In this document: positions 1-8,448 of the stretch, one piece after another
Numbering within the stretch: the stretch's first letter is position 1
How the letters are laid out: each line of letters opens with the position of its first letter
Source of the DNA: Anaerolineales bacterium
Lineage (GTDB): Bacteria > Chloroflexota > Anaerolineae > Anaerolineales > UBA11579
Length of the DNA stretch: 64,000 bases
NCBI GenBank assembly: GCA_035291465.1
Contig: DATDRZ010000001.1
Location: 7,616-71,615, forward strand
Direction: 5' to 3'
The notes under the pieces: model-generated
Database searches by the model: none
Told to the model about the DNA's origin: nothing
Seen by the model: only the letters and a program-made list of their open reading frames with translations
Translations under genes and position numbers: made by a program

Positions 1-123
1 GGGTAAATTGGTGGAGTGTTTTTCGTATCACAACATGCCCCACACCTTTTATGGATCGTTGGACACATTGCTGATCGAACGATCGATCGAATTCTTTCAA
101 CGGTTTACGCCGGCGCAATAATT

Positions 124-699
124 ATGTTATTTCGGGAAGATTTCCTGGCAGGCTTACGCAAAGGCGAGCTACGCACTGCCTTCCGGCGCTGGACGCAGCC
201 GCGGGTGAAACCGGGGACTCGCATGCGCACTCCCGTTGGCGTGGTGGAAGTGGTTTCCGTCGAACCCATCATGGATATTGAGATCACTGGCACGGATGTC
301 GCCAATGCCGGTTATCGTTCCAAATCTGAATTGATGAAGGACCTTGGCTCGATAACCCACGGGCAGCTTTTTCGCATTCGACTGAAATACGGCGGCGAAG
401 ACCCTCGTATTCAACTGCGCGAAGATGCCGATCTTACAGACGAGGATTTCGAAGCGATCAGGAAAAAACTGAAAGGCTATGAGCGCGGAGGCGCCTGGAC
501 CAGAAAAGTATTGAATCTAATCGCCAGTAACGAAGCGGTGCGTGCTAGCAAATTGGCTGACAAAATGGGAATGGAAAAATACGCTTTTAAGCACAGAGTA
601 CGCCAACTCAAAGAGCTTGGCCTTACTGAAAGCTTGGAAGTCGGTTATCGCATCTCGCCCCGCGGACGAGGTTACCTCGATCGCCTGAAAGAAGCGTAA
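124..699 (+). CDS. hypothetical protein, ASCH/PUA-like N-terminal segment plus C-terminal HTH-like segment
   Basis: ORF 16..699. The first ATG is at 124 (MLFREDFLAGLRKGELRTAFRRW...). The C-terminal KLADKMGMEKYAFKHRVRQLKELGL looks like a winged-helix recognition region. Family assignment is by eye only. Confidence 0.45.
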   Translation: MLFREDFLAGLRKGELRTAFRRWTQPRVKPGTRMRTPVGVVEVVSVEPIMDIEITGTDVANAGYRSKSELMKDLGSITHGQLFRIRLKYGGEDPRIQLREDADLTDEDFEAIRKKLKGYERGGAWTRKVLNLIASNEAVRASKLADKMGMEKYAFKHRVRQLKELGLTESLEVGYRISPRGRGYLDRLKEA

Positions 700-709
700 A
701 TAGAAAGCG

Positions 710-1702
710 TCAACGATTGGGACCCGTTTTGGATTTCTTCTTGCCGGGTTTGCGAAAATCGCGGATCACGTATATCGGCCGACCCTTGATTTCTTGAAAA
801 ATGAAGCCTATGTATGTGGCGGCAATTCCCAGGCTGACCATCGTCGTTCCGCCCACAAACAGGATCACAAACATCAAAGAAGACCAGCCAGGTGCCAGCA
901 AGTGCCCAAGACCCCGCAACCAAAAGGAGGACACATAGACCAGCTCAGCAAAAGCAAACAGGATAAAGCAGCCCCCAATGCCTATCATTAGATACAGGGG
1001 TCGAAGCGTGAATGAAAAGATGGCGTCAATGGCCAGGCGCAGCATTCTTTTGAAGGAGTATTTGCTACGCCCGCCCAAGCGCGGACCGATCTTGTAAGGC
1101 AGCGTTATAGAGGAAAACCCTAGCCAGGCTGTCATCCCGCGGAGAAAGCGATGATATTCTGGCATTTGACGCAGGGCGTTTGCCGCCGGGCGAGTCAGTA
1201 GCCGGAAATCGGCCACTCCGGGAGCAATAGGTGTACCACTGATCAAGTTAATGAACCAATAAAACAACCTGGATGTGAGTTCTTTCAATCCACCCTGACC
1301 CGAAGGTCCTTCACGTTTGGTCTGCACAATATCGTAGCCAGCTTCGGCCCGTTTGATCATTTCCGGAATCAGATTGGGTGGATTTTGTCCATCGCCATCC
1401 ATGGAAATGATGGCATCGGCATCGGCCAGTGACAATCCCGCGGTCAATGCCGCCTGGTGACCGAAATTACGACTTAAGCTTACTATGCCCACTTTGGGAT
1501 CACGGGCGGCTATCGCCTCCAATACTGTCGGGGTCTTATCCTCAGAGCCGTCGTCGATATAGATGACGGCGGTCTGTTGCCGCAGGTCGCCGATTACATC
1601 ATTCAACTGACGGTGAAACTCTCGAACCACCTCACCCTCATTGTAGACAGGGATGACGATAGTAAGTGATTTGAGGCGGCGAGGATTTGTCGGGCTAGCC
1701 AT
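710..1702 (-). CDS. GT2-family polyprenyl-phosphate glycosyltransferase (GtrB/ArnC/Dpm1-like) with C-terminal TM helices
   Basis: LTIVIPVYNEGEVV, IYIDDGSEDKT and ISMDGDGQNPP are GT-A/GT2 signatures. Two hydrophobic helices lie at the C-terminus. ATG at 1702 (MASPTNPRR) is preferred over the ORF maximum at 1726. Confidence 0.8.
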   Translation of the reverse strand: MASPTNPRRLKSLTIVIPVYNEGEVVREFHRQLNDVIGDLRQQTAVIYIDDGSEDKTPTVLEAIAARDPKVGIVSLSRNFGHQAALTAGLSLADADAIISMDGDGQNPPNLIPEMIKRAEAGYDIVQTKREGPSGQGGLKELTSRLFYWFINLISGTPIAPGVADFRLLTRPAANALRQMPEYHRFLRGMTAWLGFSSITLPYKIGPRLGGRSKYSFKRMLRLAIDAIFSFTLRPLYLMIGIGGCFILFAFAELVYVSSFWLRGLGHLLAPGWSSLMFVILFVGGTTMVSLGIAATYIGFIFQEIKGRPIYVIRDFRKPGKKKSKTGPNR

Positions 1703-1777
1703 AATTAAAGGATAATCCAATAACAAGAGTAAAGGGAGGGAATTGTTTGTTCAAAAAACCCGGTTCTTGGTTCGGGT

Positions 1778-3799
1778 CTAATTACATACCAGCGCCAACA
1801 TAGCTTCTGCCGTATTCATATCCGGTGAAGGAGCGTTTGCCTGGACGCGTTGCCACAGCGAACAAAGCATTGTTTCGGTAAAGCGATTGGTATCCAACGT
1901 CTGCCGGGTAAGTTTTTCGGCGAGGGTCCAGCGGCCGGTCATCGCATAACCTTCAATAAATGGAAGAAGCTCTGTGGCATGGTTAGGATTATCCTCTAGG
2001 GCAAATGCTTCGTCCCCCAATTCGGCTACTCTGGCCCAATTCCCCTGCTGGCGGGCAAGGTCGGCCAGTTGAAAAAAGTAGCACCAACTTTCGTGGGATG
2101 GTTCGGAACCAAAAATGGCCGCGGGCTCTATGGTTGCACCGGCGATAATAAGACCGGCTGGGTTAGATAGTGGCACCGCTTCCTTTAATCCATCGGGCAG
2201 TTGTGGATAGCCGAAATCATAGACAGGGTCAAGAACTCGCAGGCAACCCGGCGGCCTGAATAAGATCGTAAGCATCCGGTCCGTTGATCCATGAAAATCC
2301 GCCACAAGATTATTTGTGTTAATTGGGCGTCCCGCTTCCAGCGGATAAAGAAAACTTCCGGGCCGCGTTCTGAGTAGGATATCAGCCGCGTAATAATCCA
2401 GTTCATCATCTTTGTTTCCCGGAGCGTAAAGCCAATTCAGCGGCGCCACCAGGGAATTGTCGGTTAGGTGCATTACTTCGAGTTCATGCAAAACGAAAGT
2501 GGTCCCAGGCTGGACGCGCGGCGCCCTCCAGGTCAATTGCCAGAAAAAGGAGAGCTGGTATCTCCAATCGTCTCGATAATCGACGCCGACCAGCAATTGG
2601 AACGCCAGCGCGCAACCTGCCAGAATAGCCAGAAGGCCTCGGCGAACGGTGGGCCAGCGGAGCAAAGCAACGAGCCCTACTAACAGAATTGATGCCCCCG
2701 CCATCATCGGCAAGGTGAGCCTGTCATTGGGAAAGGCGAACCGCATCGGCAGGCCGATTGCCCAAACAGGCAGACCCGATACAACCAGTGTAATGAAACC
2801 GAGGGCGATGGCCGAGCGGGCAAAATTCGCTTGCCCATCCGGCCGATCACGGAGAGCGAAAAAGAACCAAATCGCCGCGAGGGGAAGAATAGCTGCGGCA
2901 AGCAGGGTGAAACGCGAAGCCCAATCTGACTGCAGAAGCCTGGCAATTGGAACACCCCATGCGACTATCCCGCTTAAGAGAATCTCGCTTATTACCTTTA
3001 GCCCAAGTGAGAAAATTGTTTGGGAAGGAGCCGCTTCTGTTGCGATGCCCAGGTCGTAAGTATGGAAACCGAGAATGAAGATGCGCCAATAGGCATAGAG
3101 CAGGATCATTACTGCATAGGGCCACCATAGACGGCAAACCTGCTTGAAACGTCTGTCGATCGTCCCCCCAGGTAGGACGAGAAAAAGGAGCACAGGCCGC
3201 AACAGCTCCAGGCCAAAGAAGTACTCGTTGGCAAACAGTGCGTAGGTGGCCATGCCCAGCGCCGCGATGCTGGGAAGAGTTTTCCGGTGCACAAAATCGC
3301 TTCGATGGCCTTTTTCCGTCTCGACCGAGCCCTGAGCAATCCCGATATGCAGCCACAGTGAAACCAGAGCCAGCGCGAGCACCACATAAAAATGCCCGTA
3401 CATGTTGGCGATGGGCGACTGGCTGAATCCCGGATAAAGGACGAAAAGCAAGGCTGCCCAGTTTACGGCTTCAGGCTGTTTTGGCCAGAGGCGTTTGAGC
3501 AACGCCCAAAATGCGATCCCGCTGAACCACCGCGTGATCACTCCAAATAGTTGCCACAGGATTATGGACGATCCGATCAAAGGTGTGGTTAGCTGATAAA
3601 GCCAGCCCCAGAACGGCCGGTTGGTGGAAAAATATCGGGTTAACCCCTCAGATCCGTATGTTTCGCTAATCCAGACAAAGGGCCAGCCGTCCCAATAAAA
3701 ACCCAGACTGGGCGCAAACAGCGCGTAAGCTGCCACACAAGCGGCGAACAATACTAATGGGACTCGATAGCGGGTCAAAAGGGATCCCCATTTGCTCAT
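1778..3799 (-). CDS. polytopic membrane protein, probable GT-C fold glycosyltransferase (ArnT/PMT-like) with a C-terminal soluble domain
   Basis: 673-aa ORF. The first ~430 residues hold many hydrophobic helices, followed by a ~240-aa soluble tail. It sits directly upstream of, and co-directional with, the GT2 polyprenyl-phosphate sugar synthase. The family call is inferred from architecture and context. Confidence 0.5.
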   Translation of the reverse strand: MSKWGSLLTRYRVPLVLFAACVAAYALFAPSLGFYWDGWPFVWISETYGSEGLTRYFSTNRPFWGWLYQLTTPLIGSSIILWQLFGVITRWFSGIAFWALLKRLWPKQPEAVNWAALLFVLYPGFSQSPIANMYGHFYVVLALALVSLWLHIGIAQGSVETEKGHRSDFVHRKTLPSIAALGMATYALFANEYFFGLELLRPVLLFLVLPGGTIDRRFKQVCRLWWPYAVMILLYAYWRIFILGFHTYDLGIATEAAPSQTIFSLGLKVISEILLSGIVAWGVPIARLLQSDWASRFTLLAAAILPLAAIWFFFALRDRPDGQANFARSAIALGFITLVVSGLPVWAIGLPMRFAFPNDRLTLPMMAGASILLVGLVALLRWPTVRRGLLAILAGCALAFQLLVGVDYRDDWRYQLSFFWQLTWRAPRVQPGTTFVLHELEVMHLTDNSLVAPLNWLYAPGNKDDELDYYAADILLRTRPGSFLYPLEAGRPINTNNLVADFHGSTDRMLTILFRPPGCLRVLDPVYDFGYPQLPDGLKEAVPLSNPAGLIIAGATIEPAAIFGSEPSHESWCYFFQLADLARQQGNWARVAELGDEAFALEDNPNHATELLPFIEGYAMTGRWTLAEKLTRQTLDTNRFTETMLCSLWQRVQANAPSPDMNTAEAMLALVCN

Positions 3800-4034
3800 G
3801 GAAGGGGATTATAAGGGAGAGGAAGTACGGAAACTGTTAACTTTTGAATTCGTAACGGACTATTAAGCCCAAACCGCACCCGGCTGGCTGCACGAGTGCG
3901 GTTTAGTAGTGAGGAGGAGATCTCAACTGTTGCTTTTATCCTAGTCCCTTAACCTAAAATCTCGCTAAGATTCGGGTTAGATGAGCATTAAAAGCAATAA
4001 TAAACGCCAGGTGTAGCGGGGGAATTACCCGGTC

Positions 4035-4670
4035 TCAGCCGGTAATCGCAGAAATAATTTCGGCCTCCGTTATGGGACCGGCTCGAAGCAGCCTGGGGTC
4101 TTCGCCTGACAGATCCACCACCGTAGAAGGCCTGTCGCCAGGAGTCTGCCCGCCATCGATTAATAGTTCGATGCGGCCATCCAGCTGCTCCATCACCGAG
4201 TCAGCGTTCAGAGTGTTTTTGCTGCCTGACAAGTTGGCCGAAGTGACCGCCATGGGACCAGCGGCCGACAGCAGTTTCCTGGCTACTGCATGGTTCGGCA
4301 CTCGAACGCCAACTGTGGGTCCCTGAGCCAGCGACTCCGGCACCTCAGGTTGGCGCCGAAGAACCAAAGTTAGAGCTCCAGGCCAAAAACGTTCGGCCAA
4401 CTTTATGGCCGCTTTGTTTGCCTGGGCGATAATTGATAGCTGGCCTGTGTTGGCGATCAACACGGCGATGGCCTTGGTTCGCTCGCGCTCTTTGATCGCA
4501 TACAGGCGCTCAATGCCGACCAAGTCGAACACACGCACGCCGACACCATATACGGTGTCGGTGGGGAAGGCGACCGTCCCTCCTGCATCTAGAGTTTTAA
4601 GCGCCTTATCGATCCAAATTTTTTTTGCGGCGGAGATTCGCAGGGTTTGCATTGATGTAATTGAAATCAT
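4035..4670 (-). CDS. tsaC: L-threonylcarbamoyladenylate synthase (Sua5/YwlC/TsaC family)
   Basis: Contains GGTVAFPTDTVYGVGV, the RLYAIKERERTKAIAVLI region and SANLSG, which are typical of TsaC/YrdC. Confidence 0.85.
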   Translation of the reverse strand: MISITSMQTLRISAAKKIWIDKALKTLDAGGTVAFPTDTVYGVGVRVFDLVGIERLYAIKERERTKAIAVLIANTGQLSIIAQANKAAIKLAERFWPGALTLVLRRQPEVPESLAQGPTVGVRVPNHAVARKLLSAAGPMAVTSANLSGSKNTLNADSVMEQLDGRIELLIDGGQTPGDRPSTVVDLSGEDPRLLRAGPITEAEIISAITG

Positions 4671-4722
4671 AGCATGTGCCCAGCTTTTTGCATTTGGTTA
4701 CAAAGATGATTGTTGCATCAGT

Positions 4723-5574
4723 TCACGGATCATTATCAACCACTAAGAGTCGGGGCAAGCCGGCGAGATCTTTGCGAACAGCTATATGCGCCCCCGGCCA
4801 GTGTGACCCGGCGAGTTTTTGCACCGGGTCTTCCAATGGTGCGTCGATCTCGGCCAGCACTACACCTCTCGGGCTTAGCCTGGTCGCTGCTTGCTCCAGA
4901 AACGGCTGGATGAAGCGCAACCCGTCAGGCCCGCCGCCCAGCGCAACGCCCGGCTCCCACCTGGATACTTCAAGATAGGGTAATCGCTCGTCTGGAATGT
5001 ATGGGAGGTTGGAAGAAATCAGGTCGAATGGTTCTTGAATGCCATCCATTAGATTCGTTTCAACCAGATTCACCCGCTGGGAAAGCTGGTAACGCTCGAT
5101 GTTTGCCCTTGCCACTTCGAGCGCTTCATGCGAAATTTCCGTGGCTGTTAGCCGAAGGTCAGGAACATTGGCTGCCAGTGCAACAGCAATGCATCCGGAT
5201 CCGGTGCCCACATCCAAGGCTCGCCGGCGACCGGGATGCGCCCCCAGCCAGCGCAGTCCGCTTTCCACCAGCAGTTCGGTTTCCGGCCGCGGAATCAACA
5301 CGGCGGGCGTTACTTTTAGCTTGAGGCCGTAAAACTCCCACTCGCCGATTACATAGGGCAGCGGGACGCCCATTGCGTAAGTGTCCAATGCTGCTTGCCA
5401 GCGCTCCTGTTCGTTTTCGTTTAGCTTCTGGTCACGGTGTGCGAAGAGCCACGTTTTCTCTTTTCCCAGTGCGTGTGCAAGCAGAACCAGCGTGTCCGAG
5501 GTCGTCGATTCGCTAACCACGGCCATTCGTTTGAGGCCCTCTTCCAATGCGCACTCAATTGTCAATGGAACCAT
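4723..5574 (-). CDS. prmC: release-factor glutamine N5-methyltransferase
   Basis: VLIPRPETE, SAM motif ALDVGTGSGCIAVALA, and NLPYIP (an NPPY-type motif). ATG at 5574 (MVPLTIECAL) gives a normal PrmC length; the ORF maximum is 5628. Confidence 0.85.
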   Translation of the reverse strand: MVPLTIECALEEGLKRMAVVSESTTSDTLVLLAHALGKEKTWLFAHRDQKLNENEQERWQAALDTYAMGVPLPYVIGEWEFYGLKLKVTPAVLIPRPETELLVESGLRWLGAHPGRRRALDVGTGSGCIAVALAANVPDLRLTATEISHEALEVARANIERYQLSQRVNLVETNLMDGIQEPFDLISSNLPYIPDERLPYLEVSRWEPGVALGGGPDGLRFIQPFLEQAATRLSPRGVVLAEIDAPLEDPVQKLAGSHWPGAHIAVRKDLAGLPRLLVVDNDP

Positions 5575-5702
5575 TCGCGGGATTGTAGCAGACGAGCATT
5601 TAGACCTTACTACTAAATCGGTGAACAAGAAAACCTTCGCAGGTTGGACTTATAAAAAGCTGTGTTTTAATATGCCGGATTTTCGCAATCAAGGAGTGCA
5701 AA

Positions 5703-6203
5703 TTGCTTACATCATTAGCCGTTTGGATAAAGTACATTCATGTCTTAGCTGGCTTCATGTTCCTATTAGGACACGGCGCGTCGGTGTTCGTTGCTTACCA
5801 ACTCAAGCAAACCAAGGACCTTGAACGCATGAAAGTCCTCATGGATATCTCAGCCGCGGGCTGGCCGACCATGATGCTCTCACTAATTGTCTTGTTGGTC
5901 GCAGGGATCGTCTCGGGCTTTCTGGGCGGCTGGTGGGGGACGCTGTGGATCTGGACCTCACTAGTGCTCCTCATTGGCATCGCTGGCTGGATGTTCAGCC
6001 TAGGCGGAACGATTTATCACCCACTGCGCAAGATGCTTGGTATGGAATATATGATCCGGGGTAAACCACAGCCCGTGGAAAAACAACGTCCTCAGAAAGA
6101 AATCCTCGATTTTGTCGCCGCCACCCGTCCGCGAACGATGATGATCGTTGGCCTTGGCGGCTATGCATTGATTATCTGGTTGATGATCTTCAAACCTTTT
6201 TAG
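5703..6203 (+). CDS. integral membrane protein, function unknown
   Basis: 166-aa ORF with about four hydrophobic helices. It is followed by a strong terminator. Confidence 0.5.
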   Translation: MLTSLAVWIKYIHVLAGFMFLLGHGASVFVAYQLKQTKDLERMKVLMDISAAGWPTMMLSLIVLLVAGIVSGFLGGWWGTLWIWTSLVLLIGIAGWMFSLGGTIYHPLRKMLGMEYMIRGKPQPVEKQRPQKEILDFVAATRPRTMMIVGLGGYALIIWLMIFKPF

Positions 6204-6227
6204 GCGTTATCCAATTTGAATAGGAGG

Positions 6228-6260
6228 AAAAAGGGCGACGTACAAGCGTCGCCCTTTTTC
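6228..6260. terminator. bidirectional rho-independent terminator
   Basis: Stem GGGCGACG (6233-6240) / CGTCGCCC (6247-6254), with an A-run upstream and TTTTT downstream. It lies between convergent genes. Confidence 0.7.
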
Positions 6261-6276
6261 CTCTCAACTCAAGGCA

Positions 6277-6301
6277 CCCTCTCCCACTATATGGGAGAGG
6301 G
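6277..6301. repeat. GC-rich hairpin of the CCCTCTCCC...GGGAGAGGG type
   Basis: CCCTCTCCCA (6277-6286), loop CTATA, TGGGAGAGGG (6292-6301), followed by GACGGGGGTGAGGGG. It looks like a short intergenic repeat-family hairpin. Confidence 0.45.
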
Positions 6302-6318
6302 GACGGGGGTGAGGGGCC

Positions 6319-6825
6319 TCAAGGCACGTACACCCGGCTGCCGTGCACCAGGAATTCGTCGTCCACTTTCTCCACAATGTACTCGAACTGCGATACAGGT
6401 GGCATCTCCGTCTCGTCGGCCCCACAGCACGGACCTAGCACGAACAAGGTGCCGTCTGGGTTGGCAAACTCGGCCACGAAAACGAATTCTGTTTCCGATA
6501 CCTGCTCGCCACTGACCACCTGCAAAATCTCCATGCATCTTAGCTGGAAAGTGCACGCAGCTTCCATCAACGCGGCCAGATCGTTGTGGTCAACTTCTGG
6601 GTTGTTTTGCTGTGCGGTTTCGAAGAATTGCGTATCGGCGTCATCCGCAAAACGTTCCACCGCTTCGGCGTATTCGCCATTGCTCAGCAGCGAAAAGAAA
6701 TCGATCAACGTCTGCTGTGCGTGCTCAAGGTCTGAGATACCTTCGACCACCGGAGTCGGGGCTGCGCAGGCAGCAAGCAAGAGTGCGGTAAGAGCAAGGC
6801 CGATAAACAACGCGGTTCGCTCCAC
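6319..6825 (-). CDS. putative lipoprotein, function unknown
   Basis: An in-frame GTG at 6825 gives (M)ERTALFIGLALTALLLAAC, a signal peptide with a lipobox, starting 8 nt after the prfA stop. The longer ORF (to 6909) would overlap prfA. Confidence 0.5.
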   Translation of the reverse strand: MERTALFIGLALTALLLAACAAPTPVVEGISDLEHAQQTLIDFFSLLSNGEYAEAVERFADDADTQFFETAQQNNPEVDHNDLAALMEAACTFQLRCMEILQVVSGEQVSETEFVFVAEFANPDGTLFVLGPCCGADETEMPPVSQFEYIVEKVDDEFLVHGSRVYVP

Positions 6826-6832
6826 TTCTCTC

Positions 6833-7894
6833 TTATGCTCCCGCAGCTGCCAGGCGCTCGGCTTCATCCGCGGTGGCCAACTCGTCGAGCAGTTCGTCCA
6901 GATCGCCATCTAGCAGTGCAGGCAAATTATGCGAGGTAAACCCGAAGCGGTGGTCGCTGAGCCGCGATTGAGGAAAATTATATGTTCGAATCTTCTCGGA
7001 GCGTTCACCGGTGCCCACCTGCGAGCGGCGCGTTTTCTCGATCTCGGCGCGTCGCTTTTCTTCTTCGATTTCATAAAGACGGGCGCGCAAAATGGCCATG
7101 GCTCGCTGCCGGTTTTGCAGCTGTGAGCGCTCATCTTGGCATTGCACCACGATGCCGGTGGGTAGATGGGTGAGCCGTACGGCGGTGGCATTCTTCTGCA
7201 CGTTCTGGCCGCCTGCGCCCGCTGACCGGTATACGTCCATCTTGATATCGCTGTCGGGGATTTTGATTTCCACTTCGTCAACTTCGGCCAGCACAGCCAC
7301 CGTGGCCGTGGAGGTATGAATGCGGCCTTGCGCCTCGGTGGTTGGAACCCGCTGGACGCGATGGACCCCGGATTCATGTTTCAACCGAGAAAACGCCCCC
7401 TTCCCCTTGATCAGGAAGGTGACCTCTTTGAAACCGCCCACACCGGTCGGATTCGAGCTGAGTAACTCGGTCTTCCAGCTATGCCGCTCGGCGTAGCGCG
7501 TGTACATGCGGTAGAGATCGGCGGCGAAGATGCCGGCTTCGTCGCCCCCGGCGCCGGCGCGGATTTCCACGATCACGTTACGCTTATCGCGGGGGTCTTT
7601 TGGCAGCAGCAGGCTCTTGATCTCGCTTTCCAGTTTTTCGATCTTGGGCGCCAGTTCTTCGAGTTCTAGGTAGGCAAGATGGGCCAGTTCCGTGTCATCG
7701 GCGCCCACCAGTTCTTTGGCTTCCCGGTAGCTCTTCAAGGCCTGGCGGTATTCAGCGCCCCTGGCAACGATGTCTTCGATTTCAGCGCGTTCCTTGGAGA
7801 GCTCGACGACGCGTTGGTAGTTTCCCGACGCATTGGTCAGTTCCCTTTCGATTTCATGGAAACGCGCTTCGATACCCGCAATTTTGTTTAGCAT
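6833..7894 (-). CDS. prfA: peptide chain release factor 1
   Basis: 353 aa. GGQ motif (SAGAGGQNVQKNATAVRLTHLPTG) and a P-x-T type tripeptide (RVPTTE). Confidence 0.95.
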   Translation of the reverse strand: MLNKIAGIEARFHEIERELTNASGNYQRVVELSKERAEIEDIVARGAEYRQALKSYREAKELVGADDTELAHLAYLELEELAPKIEKLESEIKSLLLPKDPRDKRNVIVEIRAGAGGDEAGIFAADLYRMYTRYAERHSWKTELLSSNPTGVGGFKEVTFLIKGKGAFSRLKHESGVHRVQRVPTTEAQGRIHTSTATVAVLAEVDEVEIKIPDSDIKMDVYRSAGAGGQNVQKNATAVRLTHLPTGIVVQCQDERSQLQNRQRAMAILRARLYEIEEEKRRAEIEKTRRSQVGTGERSEKIRTYNFPQSRLSDHRFGFTSHNLPALLDGDLDELLDELATADEAERLAAAGA

Positions 7895-7945
7895 GATAAA
7901 ACCAGTTTTGTAGGGGGCTAACGAAAATTATAACTGAAGGGAAGT

Positions 7946-8404
7946 CTAATTTTTTCCATATTTTTCACGAAAGGCTTCGTGCGAAGGTACCTTTTCACCC
8001 ACAATATACAAAAAGTAATACGTGCCAAATGGTCCCAGGAATTTGAATTCTGATTGAAGGGCCTTAATCGTGTTTTCAAAGTTGCCGTGCGACCGGATGT
8101 ACTTTTGGAATGAACCATGCTCCTCGTTCAGCTCCAGGATTTTCCTGGCATTGTGCGCGATGGCGACCAACTTCCGGTAATTGCGGATCACGCGTCTGTC
8201 TTGGCTCAAGCGTTGGAAATCGCGTTCGTCATAATCAGCCACCTGTTGAACATCAAAATTGTCAAACGCCTCCCGAATCCCCGGCCATTTGTTTTCGACT
8301 ACTTTCCATGATATGCCGCTTTGGAAAACTGCTTTGCTCATGATTTCCAGGTAATCGTTTAACGATGTCGCCTTGATTTGTGCTGGAGCGCGCTTACCTG
8401 GCAT
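7946..8404 (-). CDS. DNA-3-methyladenine glycosylase I (Tag)-like protein lacking the zinc-site segments
   Basis: FQSGISWKVVENKWPGIREAFDNFDVQQVA...VIRNYRKLVAIAHNARKI aligns with the E. coli Tag core. ATG at 8404 is preceded by AGGAG with a 6-nt spacer. No N-terminal Cys/His or C-terminal His/Cys zinc ligands are seen. Confidence 0.65.
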   Translation of the reverse strand: MPGKRAPAQIKATSLNDYLEIMSKAVFQSGISWKVVENKWPGIREAFDNFDVQQVADYDERDFQRLSQDRRVIRNYRKLVAIAHNARKILELNEEHGSFQKYIRSHGNFENTIKALQSEFKFLGPFGTYYFLYIVGEKVPSHEAFREKYGKN

Positions 8405-8448
8405 GTTGATCTCCTGGAGAAATTGCGAATGAATAGTCCGCATGGCAA

